A stretch of 64,000 nt of DNA, taken from assembly GCA_032718475.1 (NCBI GenBank), contig JAUCBJ010008916.1:1155-65154 (forward strand), written 5' to 3'. This document shows, piece by piece, positions 35,933 to 49,310 of this stretch. The position numbers were made by a program, and so were the translations under genes. The notes beneath the pieces were generated by a model. The model had not been told where the DNA came from and did not search any database. It saw nothing but the letters and a program-made list of their open reading frames with translations. Every line of letters starts with the position of its first letter. Position 1 is the first letter of the stretch. The stretch is from Nemertoderma westbladi (Eukaryota; Animalia; Xenacoelomorpha).

Positions 35933-37069
35933 CAGTAAGGGAAAATACCCCGAATCGGGGTATAGAAGCAAACCCCCATTCGGGGTTTTGTGATACCCCG
36001 ATTCGGGGTTCTCCCATAGACATTTTTTCTCCTTCATTTCCGCATATGAAGATTTTAATTCCGCAATTTCGTTTTAACATATTCGAATACACATTGGTGT
36101 GTAGTACAAATAAGAAAACTTTGGAGTAATAATGAAATCTTCCGGCTTCGATATTGTACCGGAAAATCTAATGTAAATTGTACCCCGAATCAGGGTATCC
36201 AGGACTCCCTGTACCCCGAATGGGGGCTTGTGATATATTCATACAGCCTGCAGAAGCACCGATTCGGGGTCAGTATTTTCTAGTACACCGATTCAGGAAT
36301 TCAATTTTCTCGAAAATACACCGAATCGGCTCTTTTTTTCCACTCTGACACCGATTCGGTGTATATTTTCTAGTCTTTTTTTATATTTTTTAATGGATTT
36401 TCGTGATCTAATTCATGCAAAACCCGACTTGGCGAATTAATATCCCGCCTCAATGTTAAATTATCAATTTAGGGAAAGGAGCTGGTTACAGTGGCACGTT
36501 ATTTTAACCAAAACAATAAACTAAGCACAATAGAATAGGTTACAACAGTCTTATTTTTGAGAGTAGTCCGCGGTTATTTGCGTCGAATTTACCTTGGAGA
36601 GGGATTAATTTTTATTGCGTCCAGATCCCCCCCCCTATCATATCCATATTTATAAATCAGTTGATAGACAAATAACACTGCAATAATAATAATGTAAATG
36701 TACAATATAGTAATATACGGTCTGACAGTACCTCCCGTACTTCAGTAGTAGGCCCTATCTATCAATATAGTTACTACATTTATATTATGACTGTATGAAA
36801 CAGTATTGTACTGCACAAAATGTAATTTTCGCACTATGAATTCCAGTCTGGCGTGAGTGAAACATCATTTTTCTGGAGGGGCGTAAATAAATCCTATACC
36901 CCGATTCGGGGTATACCTAATTTTTCCGCTGCCTGAGGATTTTCTAGTAGAGCACCGATTCGGGGTATAGCTTTCTACTGAAAATCTCGAATCGGTGTCA
37001 CTATTTTCCACTATGACACCGATTCGGTGTATAGAGCTGTACCCCGATTCGGGGTATTTTCCCTTACTG
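35933..37069. mobile_element. Non-autonomous TIR element (MITE) with 5-bp TSD, nested in the copy 2 leader
   Basis: 30-bp perfect TIR CAGTAAGGGAAAATACCCCGAATCGGGGTA; TSD GCTAT; the empty site GATACGGCTATAAG is present in copy 1 near 19771. Confidence 0.93.
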
Positions 37070-37992
37070 GCTATAGGTCGTCAGGCGGTGGTATTTTCCT
37101 ATCTGGACAACGCAGTGTATTTACTACTACTTATTATTTCAAATACCGTAGTACCCTGTCCGTTGTAATAACCGGTTTTCTAACCCTTTGTTAGGCTGGT
37201 TTGTAGACTTCTTGTAAAAATACCCTAAAAATTCGTATTTGTGTTTTTGTAAATTTTTGTGTTTATTTAGAGATTGTAATCTCAACCCGAATTGTACGTA
37301 ATTCGTAGTATTAAGTAACTTAGGTAAATTAGAATTATTTGTTTTAGTGTCCTATACGTAACACTTCACTGAAAGCGCACCGCTTTGTGTAGTGATTACT
37401 CCCCAGAAATAATAACATTTATTTCAAACATAGACAAAACCCATTAAAACGGGTATATATATTATAAATCAAATCCAACGATTTATAAATAGTAGGCATA
37501 CCATAAAACCATTAGGTCTCAATATCAGTTGGATTACTGCTTAAATAACGGTAATAAAGTAAGTTAAAGTAACCAAGTAACCCTGAAGTTCAGAAATTCA
37601 ATTATTCTAAAATAATTGATATACCGGTATTTACGATAGGCCTATTATCTTATTTCTATAAATCTAGGCTGAAATTATACCGGTACTTGTAATTAATTCT
37701 AGTCCAGAATTATATATACTACAAACTGTAAGCTGTATACCGGTATTCCCGATAGGCCTATTATATATTTATATATATTTGTGCTAAAATTATACCGGTA
37801 TTCGGAGATAAACCTAGTCTGTAATAATAGTTATATATACTATAAGCATTCCGGTATTCTAATATATTATATATATCACGCTACACTGAGTAGCAGTATC
37901 GGTAATTAATTACTAGGCTAGCAGTTAATACTGAATTACTAGACTTGCTTAGACTGTAATATAGCAGTAGGCATTCAACTGTACAAACAAAA

Positions 37993-40900
37993 ATGTCTGA
38001 CACAAAACGGGCACTGTCAGATAGTCTTTTGAAAGGTATTAGAATCAGCCTTAGACTTGGACAGTATCTTGAAAAGATAGAAGCGGAAAGAAAAGCAGCA
38101 GCGGCAGCTGCAGAAGCGGAAAGAGAGGTGCAGCAGCGGGTCCGGGAGTTGGAAGAGACTGTTCAACAGCTAAAGGGAACCGTAAGAGAAGTAAGTTAGA
38201 ATTACAGGAAGTGCAGCAAAGTATCGCTTTAGAATGCGATAAATTAGTAAATACACAAAAGGGTATACCACCACCCCCTGTAACAATGTGTCAACCCGTT
38301 AGGTCTGAAGTATCCCATGCGCAAGGTGTGGAGCCTACACGCATCTATACTGCTAGCGAAATAGAAACTCCTATAGTGAACCCTATTAAGGGTAATTATA
38401 GACCTGTTGATAATGATATTCCATATAGAACTGATCATAATCCGAGAAATTTATATGCCGATAACTTGATATTAAATAGCACGATGGCCCAAGAAAGTTT
38501 TACGCGTCAAATGGCTAGAACCGAAGCCCGGCAAGCGGTAAAGGTGGGAGAGATCGTTAAGTTCAATGGAGATGAGATGAAATGGTTACCTTTTAATGAA
38601 TATTACAAAGATAACATACAGAACTCCGTACTATATAATGGAGAAAAACTTAGATACCTCATCGAGTGCTTGGAAGGATCTCCCAAGTTAATGGCGTTAA
38701 GGTTTATTGGACATCCAGACGGATTAAGACAAGTTTGGGATACATTAAACATCAGGTATGGTAATAGGAATAACATAGCTGGGTATTTGTATGCAAAATT
38801 AATGGCGCCCCGAAAGTTTCTTAGCAGCGGGATTATAGAGTTTTCCGATGAGATTCAGGAGATCTGTAGACAATTAGATTGGCTAGGTAAGTCTCATGAA
38901 TACCAGAATTCTATGGTTGTAAGAGCCTTAGCATCTGCTTTGCCCAAGGGTGGAGTAGGTACACGCTGGGATAAGAAGGTGTTATATATGATGGAACAAC
39001 AACGACGAGACCCTACCATGACTGATCTCATGTCATTCTTAGATAGAGAAGTGAAATTACAGCTCCTAAGGCAGTCCAGAAGAAGACATTGGAAAACAAG
39101 GTAAGTGAGAAACCCGTTTCTAGGAGAAGGGTAACACCAGTATGTTATACCGACGACGGTGAAAGCCAAACCTCTCAAGGAGAGGACAGCGGGAAAGACA
39201 CTGACAGGCCTTATTATGTCAATAAAATGCCTAAAGAACAGGTAAGTAAATCCAAGTCTCGACCCAATGACAGAAAGGAACCGGTACAAAAAACCCCTCC
39301 TACGTCTCCTAAAGGAATTCAGGTGAGAAAGCCCGAGGAAAGAACAAGTGTGCACCACATAGCACAGGTTAAAGTAAGTAACATCAAGCCGAAATGTGTG
39401 CTGTGCGACGGGCCCCACCGTTTAAATGCGTGTGATAAATTCCTGAGGAAATCACTCGAGGATAGACGTGAAGTCATGTGGGATAAGCGGTTGTGTTATA
39501 ATTGCCTCAGACGAGGACACCAACGGCGAACCTGTAACTCCGACGCAAGGTGTGCAAAGTGCGGCGCAAATCATCATATCTTGTTGCACACGGAATTCGA
39601 ACGAAACAGCCCGAGTCAGGTAAGTGAGTCCGAACTACATGTCCAATTCAGTGATGTGAACGACACTGATCAATCTGAGATGGAAGGATTCTATACGGAC
39701 GAGTTCTCCGACCAAAACGAATCCTGTTACCTAATAAACACCACCGCAGTGTATCGAGCACTCGTGTATGAGAAAGACACAGACAGCGACCTTACCTTAA
39801 CTACTTCCGATCAACAACCATCTTGGAAAGCGCCAACTTCCAATATAGGAATCCGAGAATTTCCTGTAGTCCAGTTACGGGTCCACGGACCTCAGAAGAG
39901 CTATATAGTGAACGCCCTCCTGGACTCCGGTAGCACAGGAACATTCATCGATAGGGAACTAGCCGAAGTCATCTTTGCTGGACAACCCAAGTTCCGAACC
40001 AAGCTAAACCTGTCAGGGATCATGCAGGTTTGGAATTCTACTGTAGCTGCCGACTATTATATATGTGAGTTGTCCACCCCCCAGGACGAACTAGGAGAAC
40101 ATAGCATCAGGTCAGTGAAAATGGTGGCTATAAAGAACTTCGCTACTACTCAAGCAGACCTTTATAATTGGGACGAGGATGAGAGCATCCAACATCTTAA
40201 CATACCTCGATTCCAGACTGATTATCCTGGAGTGCAAATACTCATCGGCCAAAACGCGCATGAGGCGCTGGAGACATTAGAGAAACGACCTGCTCAACCG
40301 CAACCACTTCAGCCCTATGCGGTAAGAACTAGAGTAGGTTGGTACCTTACTGGACCTTCCCGTAGAACGCTCAGAGAAAGACTGCTTCAAGATCGCGTCT
40401 GCCAGCGGAGTAAATGGGAAGATGATACTAGTGAGGGAGACGACCCAACTGAGGGAACACCACACTCCTCAGATAATGACAATCTTAGCTCCAATGTAGA
40501 TCAATGGAGATATTGCCCCAAGAAGTTTAATCCAACAGACATCGCTTCCAGAGGAGCAACTCCTCAAGAACTGACAGATACTATAGACCGGTTAGGTGAA
40601 CCCGACTTCCTGAGTAAGGAGAATGAATGGCCTCCCCATCTTACTCCGACTGAGATTAGACCAGCCAAGGGAGCGGAGAAAGTCGAACCTGAAACCCGGA
40701 CGGGTGGATCGGAGTTATTTGAACCCGGGATAGATCTGTCGGTATTACATGTTGCCAGGGACGACGCCGTGGATCTGAACCTCCCCACCGCGAGTGGATC
40801 CTTCATGAAGATCAGAGAGAGCGATTGGAGCTCTGGAACATCAGACGTCTCGCAGGGACTCTCACCTCTCCTGCAGAGAGCGACGGACCACTATAGCTCC

Positions 40901-41134
40901 TGGAATCGGCTTTGTGACGCCGTCATATACTTTGAGCGATGTTTCTATCGTCACTATTCCAGGACAAAGAGGAAACCTGGAATTGTATTCAGGATGCAGC
41001 GACTCAATCACCCAGTCGGTCGTTTGTGTTTATCGGAAGGGAATGGAGGACTCTCCGGAAACTGTGGAAGGCAAGATTCTCTTCCCACGACCACCTCCCT
41101 AATCCTTCAAACATCTAGGGACTCCATAACGTAA
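37993..41134 (+). pseudogene. Shortened gag-protease ORF fused to short pol remnants; two 1-bp frameshifts
   Basis: Gag knuckles and LLDSGS are retained; RT/RNase H and the integrase core are absent. Single-base deletions near 38190 and 39080 relative to copy 1. Confidence 0.9.
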
Positions 41135-42789
41135 CAACATATGGAGTGGGTGTGTGACTCTATTATTTTATATTATTTTATTATTTTTATATTTATGTAT
41201 GTATTACTATGTAATTCTATTATAATCGTTTTCTTTAATTTTATTCAGTAGAATGTTATTTTAGCGATTATTTAGTAGATTAGTGCAATATATATTCGCG
41301 TTTATTACTTAATTACGTATATATTATATTTAATGCGACGGCAAGAAATAATTATTTTCCTTCTTCCTTACTGTCCGTATTACATTACAAATACGTAACT
41401 ACAGTAAGATGAAATGTCCGTACTTATTAAAGTACAATAAAGCCACTACTATATTCAAGTATTATTGGTAGGCAGAGTATTAGGAATGCAAAGTTCAGAT
41501 CCTCGTGTCTCGGCTAAACCAAGCTCTGGGTAGACCTTGGAAACGACTTGCCTCTTCACACTGACATTGCTTCGTGCGATATTGCTCTCATACCGTATAT
41601 TAAATAATACATATAGTAGCGTGATGTCCCTTTAACAGTAGCGTATAACGCAAAATAAATCTGTTAAACCCTTTGACCATCTGTAATTCTAGTCGATTAA
41701 GATATCGCGGCACCCACCGATATACTTGAAAGACAAATTCTAGAATCAGTGGTTAACGTCCCCAGACAAGTTCTGGAATAAATCGGTGCCCATCTCAAAT
41801 ATTAATTATTTAATATTTGCAAATCTAATAAATCAAAATCTGTAAAATTCAGATCCTTCAGCAATTCTAGTCAATTAAGATATCGTAGCATTTACCGATA
41901 TTCTTAAAAAGACAATTGTCATAGAATTAAGGATCTTGTGTCCCCAGACATATTCTAGAATCAAAATATGTCAATTTAATTATCAAATAATAAAATTTCA
42001 GGGAATAAATTTAAATTCATGCCTTTTAATGAATTTAATAAATTGCCATTTTTACGCAATTTATAACATTCCCAAAATTCCATTAATTAATAGATCAAGG
42101 GAGCGGAGATTTATCTTATTATGTGTATGAGTGTGCGAAAGTCTCCCAAACATAGTCAATAGCCGATAAAATTCATAAAGTCATGTATAAAACAGAACAT
42201 TGACTATTAAAGAATACTATTAAATAACATCCCAGATCTGTATGCATTGGAATTGCTCTAATTCTACCGCTAGCTTTGCATAATGTCACCATAGCAACAA
42301 CCACGCTAGAATTAGAATTGAGTTAAAAGAACAATAGAAAGCTTGTCCCATTGAATAGCATAGGGAATAAATAGTGCACTGATAGTATCCAAGGATACAT
42401 AATAATACAGTGACATTCTGGAAGGCATTGACTAACGGACAAGTGACCCGAGTGTGTGTAATTTGTGACAAGTTGTGTGTGTGGTACTTGTGAGTTTATA
42501 GGCGAATGTTACTACTAAGGTGTGTTTACAGTAGCTAGTCGCAATCGTAAAAGTAACCTAACTCTCCAAGGAAAACCTGAAGTACATCTAAGCCTTTGGG
42601 ACGGACAGTCGAGTGACTTGTGCCGGTTGTCGTTGTCGTTGTGCGGCTACGTCGTTGGCGAAAGTACAGCGGCGACGACACATCGGCGCTGAGGATCTCG
42701 TACTGTCCGGGGGTTAATTGGAGTAGGCAGCGACGCTCGCTAGCCTGAATATAAACTCATTATAATATGGATAAACTCATATAGCAGAT

Positions 42790-44175
42790 ATGGTTGAGTT
42801 GATAGAAGATGATCTTGGTATCGGGGAGCGATATACTCTACTTTTGCAAGCGTTTGTTGATAGCTTAATACGCGGTGACGTTAGTCTAACTGCTGCGGAG
42901 GACGATGGTCGTTATATCGAACCGACAATGTCCCAAGTGCAGCTCTCGCGAGAGTTGGACTATAGAAAATTCGCTGCTCGATATACGCAGCGTAATGGTA
43001 TGTATATGGACTTCTTAACCATTGACCATTCTATCGATTTACACAATACGGACTATGTCGACTATATATCCTGCCCAGCGGAGTCGGAACCATAAACTGA
43101 AATTCGAATGCGAAAATTCTATTCGAAATCGGCTCGAAAGAAAAGACATTAAAGAAACAAATAAACGCGGTAACTCCAACATATATTTGGAATTCTTGAT
43201 AGAATCATTGTAACTACAAATAAATATCATCCGCGTTTCCCCTACCAGACGTGCGTCTTGGGTATTATTACGGTAAATGCCCTAGACCCAGCCAATAAAC
43301 GGAAAGACATAAACATCCACGGAAACGTTGTGTTAAATACAGTTGTGTTCGTTATATTTACTGGAGTTTCGAGCGAAACTTGTTTGACGTATCACCTATG
43401 CTCACTCGGCTCTAACGATCCTAGAGTAAACCTACGATCAGAGTCCCGGAATACTCGGTCAAACCTCCTCATTCCTTAGTTGGACCTCAGACCTGCGATC
43501 CTGGTGGTGTCGCGGATCCTCGCGGACGGTATTCACTGTTCAAAGATCTAGTGCTACCCTAACAATTAATCGGTAACACTCCGACAGTGATTTCTAGCTA
43601 GCCGCCCATCTTACCTAGCCGGATTGTGACGCGGACACCTAATATCACTATCCAACAGTATGGTCGTCCCGTTTAACTCGATACAACCCTTCATCAAAGT
43701 GAAGGAGAGCGTTGTACGAAACGAGTTAAACGCTATTCTATAAAGATCAAAAAAGAAACCTGCGTTTGTTCAGATAAACGTAAGTTATAACAGTAAGTCC
43801 AATCGATAAACGAATTGTCTTTATCTCAGTTCGATTGTGAAATCCAGAATCTCTAAGAAGATATCGCACTTAGACAACCCCATTCTCTGCGAGAGTTTTT
43901 GGATGAACGTATCCAGCTACGAGCGGAGGAAAATCAGCTCGAGGAGAAGCATATCGAAACGGCGGATACCCCGACCACAATCCTACACCTTCTGATGCAA
44001 TCATATTGCACCCTTCACCCAGGAGTTATGGCCCTCCTAGTAAAGTGGCTCCCCCCAAAGAGAAAAAGACTCTTGCTAGCCTCAAAAAACTGCGTAAACG
44101 CCGTCTGCGTAAGAAAGACTAACTGTTTAGAGTATCTTTATGTTTTAGAAACTGTGATTTTTATATTTTATAGAC
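42790..44175 (+). pseudogene. ORF3 homologue in copy 2, degraded and internally deleted
   Basis: MVELIEDDLGIGERYTL... and DERIQLRAEENQLEEKH... match copy 1. Confidence 0.65.
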
Positions 44176-44200
44176 TGAAAATCCCATTTTCTGGGAGCGG

Positions 44201-45405
44201 TGTAAAAGCTTTTACTGAATTGTCCGGTTATTTTTCCTTATTTTTCCCGTAAAGTACTCTGTAGTTGGTTTACCAGGCATAAAAAGGCCGTGTCCTTGCT
44301 GTACTGGTGTTTTAGCGGACATAAGAGCTATTTCTTCTGTATTTGTACTTTAGAGGACATAATCCGTAATTCCGTGACGTAAAAGCTCGATACTCTTGAA
44401 AACAGTGTCGCTACCATGACGACAGCTAGCAGCTGATATTGCCACGTCGACGTTTCTTTGTTTCTCTGTTCTCTCGTTGTTCAGGTTGACCAATCAGAGC
44501 GTTTGTTGTCTTTGTGTTGGAGGTATATACAGAAACTCAGTAGTTCAGTGTTATGTTTTGGCCCAGAGCCTAAGAACCGGCTTTGGCACCTCCGTGTTTC
44601 AGTTTTTAGTCTTACACTAGTAGGTTTAATTATAAAGGGCATATATCCTTTAACTCATGGAATCACTGCTGACTGATCATACATGCTGACTGCTGAAACA
44701 TTGCAAACTCATAACAATCAGTGTTTTCATTGTTGTTTTATACTGCTATTCACCGTCAGTTCTTCATAATATGGTTGATGAATAATTATATTTGGAATAA
44801 CGATAAATAACCCCGAAACCCAATATTCTTGATATACCGAAGGTAAGAGAGAAGGGTTACAGATAAACGATTGTGACTTATGTTAAAGTGGTTTGAAGTG
44901 AATCTAATGTTATTTGATAGACCCTACATGAGTCAGTCTGTGTTCCTTTTATATGTGACTAAAATCAGTGAAGATCGGCAGATTAGTGTGCAGTATTGTG
45001 CAGCATTGTGTATGAGTGAGTCTGTTAAAGAAGCATTCCTAAAGAATGCGCCATATATGTGAATTATAATTAAGCCATATCGTTGTGAGTAGTTTAAGTC
45101 ATAACTCTGTTTATGTAGATAAAGCGCCACGTCCTAAAGGAACTGTTAATATTCCCGAAGGTAAATAATATTGTCAGAGATTATATAATACTGTCAATCG
45201 AATAATACATTAGGCTTACATAGCAATAAAATTAAACCGTCGAACCCAATCTCCCGGGAATATCCAGCGGGTGAATGATCGCGCACAGATTGGTTTCGAC
45301 TAGTGTAGTGAATCAAATACTTGTCATAGACTAAAAACCGATTTAATATCTAGAAGACATCTTAATTTGGTGGGTTAAACTGCCAAAGGTCTGAAAGCGC
45401 GAACA
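44201..45405 (+). repeat. Copy 2 3' LTR
   Basis: Near-identical to 33474-34676; preceded by CTGGGAGCGG. Confidence 0.95.
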
Positions 45406-45760
45406 ATATGTGCGTTGTAGTTGTTGTGTACGGTGTATGCGTTTATATTATACTGTATGTGCTTTGTATATGTGTAATGTTTAGTGTTTATACCTTATTA
45501 TTATACTGTATATATGCGTTGCAGTTGTTGTGTACTGTGTATTCATTTATATTATACTGTATGTGCTTTGTATATGTGTAATGTTTAGTGTTTATACCTT
45601 ATTATTATACTGTATATATGCGTTGCAGTTGTTGTGTACTGTGTATTCATTTATATTATACTGTATGTGCTTTGTATATGTGTAGGCCTACTGTTTAGGG
45701 TTTATACTTTATTATTATTCTGTATATGTGAGTTGTAGTTGTTGTATGTGCGCTGTATTA
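45406..45760. repeat. About 104-bp TG/TA-rich tandem repeat, about 3.4 copies
   Basis: TACTGTATGTGCTTTG recurs at 45451, 45555 and 45659. Confidence 0.85.
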
Positions 45761-45772
45761 TACAATAAATTA

Positions 45773-45813
45773 AGCATTGATAAAGATAGCCATTGGCTTA
45801 CGAAACGTCTGCT
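45773..45813 (+). ncRNA. Penelope-type minimal (variant) hammerhead ribozyme motif
   Basis: AGCA-TTGATAAAG-atAGCCAtTGGCTta-CGAAAC-GTC-TGCT: stem I AGCA/TGCT, a palindromic stem II and palindromic ACGT stem III. The core deviates from CUGANGA. Confidence 0.45.
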
Positions 45814-46094
45814 AGGCCTAATTACCTACTATTTTTTCATACCTGTGGCTGACAGTCCTTCCTTTGTTTTATCGTTTAATATTTACTCGCCACATTCCCC
45901 AACATGAATTTTAATTCATTCCAGGTCATGGTGTAGATGTGTATAGTAAATAAATTAATTGTAAATGCGGCCCCTGAGAACCGTTATTAGTATCTGACAC
46001 TGACAGTTACTGTATTTCTTGCCGACTAGTTTCTTTATTAATTCGATAATACAATACATCAATAGATCCAAAAATTAAGTTCCTGCAATGGGTC

Positions 46095-46290
46095 CGCATC
46101 TCACCGGAGTGCGGAGGTCGTGGGTTCGATCCCCGCATGGGCCAGTGCAGTTTTCGTTTACGGTGAGGGGATCTCTGGAATTCCCTCTGGTGATATAATA
46201 GTTCTCGGGGGACTGCACTGAAAATAAATAAGCGTAATGTAATCCCTTTGTGCGTAATGTAATCCCTGGCCTGTCGGTCGAAAAAAGCCT
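46095..46290 (+). mobile_element. tRNA-derived SINE fragment
   Basis: GGAGGTCGTGGGTTCGATCCCCGC gives a B box and T-arm; there is no full cloverleaf; A-rich end near 46281. Confidence 0.55.
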
Positions 46291-46292
46291 AA

Positions 46293-46690
46293 AGGCCTGT
46301 TTACACGTGGCAACTTTTAGAGCAACTTTCTCGGCAACTTGTAGAGCAACCCAGGTTGCCGATCAAGTTGCTCCGTGTAAACACGTAAAAAGTTGCTGTA
46401 AAAGTTGCTCAACTTTTACGGCAACTTGAAGAAATTTGCGTTGGCGAATTAAAGCGGGATAATCAAATTAAATGATCAAAAACTAACTACTATATAAAAT
46501 GACCCACTATTTTACAGTCAAACGAGCCAAGTTGCTCTAAAAGTTGCCGGTCAAGTTGCTGGTAAAGTTGCTGGTAAAGTTGCTGGTAAAGTTGCCACGT
46601 GTAGACAACCATTAAATTAAGTTGCTCCAATAAAAGTTGCTATAGTTGCCGATAAAGTTTCTCTAAAAGTTGCCACGTGTAAACAGGCCT
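46293..46690. mobile_element. PIF/Harbinger-like MITE
   Basis: TIR AGGCCTGTTTACACGTGGCAACTTTTAGAG; flanked by TAA and TTA; many internal AAGTTGC repeats. Confidence 0.88.
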
Positions 46691-46921
46691 TTACTTTAGT
46701 ATATTTTACTTTTTGATCAATAAAATTTCGATATGCGGAAATTTCTTTGATCAACTCAGATACATTCACATTACATCTACATGATTATCTGTGATTGTGT
46801 GTCGTGTGTCGATGTTCTATCCAACTTGTGGCAGTTTCTTTGAAATTCATAAATAAATTATAGATTTTAATTTAGTTTATTTTCAGTAGCATTTACATTT
46901 GGTTTGGTTTATTTAAATGAG

Positions 46922-47129
46922 TTACATTGGGGGCGGAGAACCCACTCTGTTGTTTAAGCTATTCAAATTGTGATGAATGGCGCCTTGGAATTTCCCACCA
47001 GTATGTTGGAATGAGTTGGGGTCGCTCAGCGAGTTTCCCATGTTCAGCAGGGGGTTATGGTGAGGGAAACTGTTGTGGCTAGAGAAGCTGTGTTGGCTAG
47101 TCCCGGCTTTGGGTTTCAATATGTAGAAA
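46922..47129 (-). CDS. PP1-like phosphatase, exon 2 (C-terminal tail)
   Basis: Acceptor TTGCAG|TTTCTAC. Splicing gives LTC-SFYILKP, matching the PP1 consensus LMCSFQILKP. Confidence 0.8.
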
Positions 47130-48259
47130 CTGCAAGGATTATTTATTTATCGTGACATCAGACGTTTACAGGCGGAAATGTGGAGTTCTATATCCTTAAA
47201 GCCATTTTTACATTATTGTCTAAAAATACTTGTTTCCCTGTGTAAAAGTTGCCATGGTTAAAAATATAAAAAGGACCACCTATTATGTATTTTATTCCAA
47301 AATTGTAACATTACTCAACGCCGATAGTATTGACAGCGAGTTGTTATTTATCACTTTACAACTTTTGAGGACATTACAGTATTGTATTGGCCTATACATT
47401 TAGTATTGTATTTGGTGTTATCCGTTAAGTAATGTCCCCTTAGTGGACATTACTTAACGCCGTCATTGGTTACCACGTAAACAATAGGTGGAAATTTGCC
47501 TGACAGCCAGATAGGCCTACTGCCTACCTACCGGTAGGCGGGGTATAGCTATTAATAACCAGTTGGGCCTAGCTATATTATTATACCATGGCTCCACACG
47601 CCACCATAAATATAAGCTAACTTATTTATAACATAATTTATGTCATTTTTACAATTATTTATACAGCAACTAATATAATTTGTGCAGTTTCTATCACTTA
47701 TAATGTATATGTACAATGATTTCGCAATGTTAAAATTTTGGAATAAAACTACATACATTCATGTTGCAAAGTACTTTAGAGTGTTCTGATCCTCGTGGCT
47801 TTATTTTCACTCACTCACTAATATTCGTTCGTGTAACAAAAGCCACTCGGATCATCACACTGTAAAGTATTACCTCCAGTAAGTAAATAGTAAGTATGTA
47901 AATAGTTATTACCTTCCGGTTGTATACTGTAGGCAATTAGGCTGTAATTACCTATAATATTGTTTCATACATATATTTTCCTTTTAAGGTTAGTTTAATT
48001 CATAGGCTACTTTAAAGAACGCAACATAAGCCGGTGTCAGCATACTGCACAGTACGTAACCTACTCAAGTAATCTACCAGTAGTACAGTAGGTCTACTGT
48101 AGCTAGCTATTTTAGCTACACCATACTATTTTTTCTATTATTTGGCCATCTATAATATTAACTAAATTGGTTGTTTAATTTTTGAGTGGTATCCAGGTAT
48201 CACAGGTTGTGGGTTTTATTTCGCCTATTTTCGCCTGATGCCAAAATAAAGACACATGC

Positions 48260-49137
48260 CTGCAGGTGAGGTCCTCGCTAACTCTCATCATTGCTCCCGC
48301 GTTGTCGAACTCCCCGCAGTAGTTCGGTGCCGAGAATATCGTAACGAGTTGCTTATCCGCGAAGAACTCGTATCCATCCTCCATGACCTGGTGGGCCCGG
48401 CAGATGAGCTCGATGTCGTGTCTCTCGAGGAAGTTGGTGACCGCGTCGGCGCCGAAAGTGAATGAAACCCCGCGTTCGTTCTCACCCCAGCCGCTCAGCT
48501 CCTCGCAGGGGTCGGACCACAACAGATCGCATAGCAACCCGTAGTCAGGCACGTCTGTAGGTCTAGCGATACTCGATATCTGCTCCAACTTACGGAGTTC
48601 TGGACTAATCCCGCCGTGACAACAAAATATCTTGTTTGACACAACAGCAGCAATCGGCAGACAGTTGAAACAATCGATGAACGATCTCCAAATCCTTATA
48701 TGGTATCTTCTTTTACATTCATCGTGGAAACCGTACATTCTATTTATAGCTGCAGCCTCATGGTTCCCTCTCAACATGAAAATATGTCTAGGGTATTTAA
48801 TCTTATAAGCCAATAAGAGACAGATAGTTTCTATACTTTGTTTACCCCTGTCAACGTAATCACCAAGTAACAGGTACTTGGAGGCTGGTGGGTGTCCCCC
48901 GTTATCGAAGTACCGCAGTAGGTCGGTATATTGGCCGTGAATGTCGCCTAATATCTTTATCGGCGCCTCGACGTGCAATAACGCGGATTCTTTGAGGAAA
49001 ATATCTCGGGATTTGATGCACATACTTTGTACCTCGAATTCACTTAGACTCGCGAAGGAAATAGATTTGTGTCCGCGAATTTCCAACAACGAGGCGATAA
49101 TATTGTCCACATCAAAGGGTCCCGGTGATTCTGACAT
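48260..49137 (-). CDS. Divergent Ser/Thr protein phosphatase PP1 catalytic subunit, exon 1 (361 aa spliced)
   Basis: GDIHG, GDYVDRG, RGNHE, HGG, LLWSDP, RAHQ and [13 protein letters not shown] are intact; donor AG|GCATGT at 48260/48259. Confidence 0.93.
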
Positions 49138-49310
49138 AATAATAATATGTAATTAAGAATCAGGAAGTTAAATATATTATAATTAGTCACGTATATTTTA
49201 GTTTATATTCCCTACTTTTCGTTTATAAATGCTACTGTTGTGTTGATGTTACTTTACAGAATACAAGATAAATTATATCTGTCGATGAAAACTATTCATT
49301 AATCTATTCT

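Larger units (their letters stand above)
33474..45405 (+). mobile_element. BEL/Pao LTR retrotransposon, copy 2: non-autonomous, Gag-protease only, recent
   Basis: LTRs 33474-34676 and 44201-45405 (about 4 substitutions and one 2-bp indel noticed), TG...CA ends, 5-bp TSD ATATG on both sides. Confidence 0.96.

Noticed and set aside
46095-46150. Functional tRNA gene
   Set aside because: Only the B box and T-arm are present; there is no complete cloverleaf or A box.
48175-48259. PP1 C-terminus HVSLFWHQ... from the ORF track
   Set aside because: Read-through into the intron; the spliced form restores the conserved motif.
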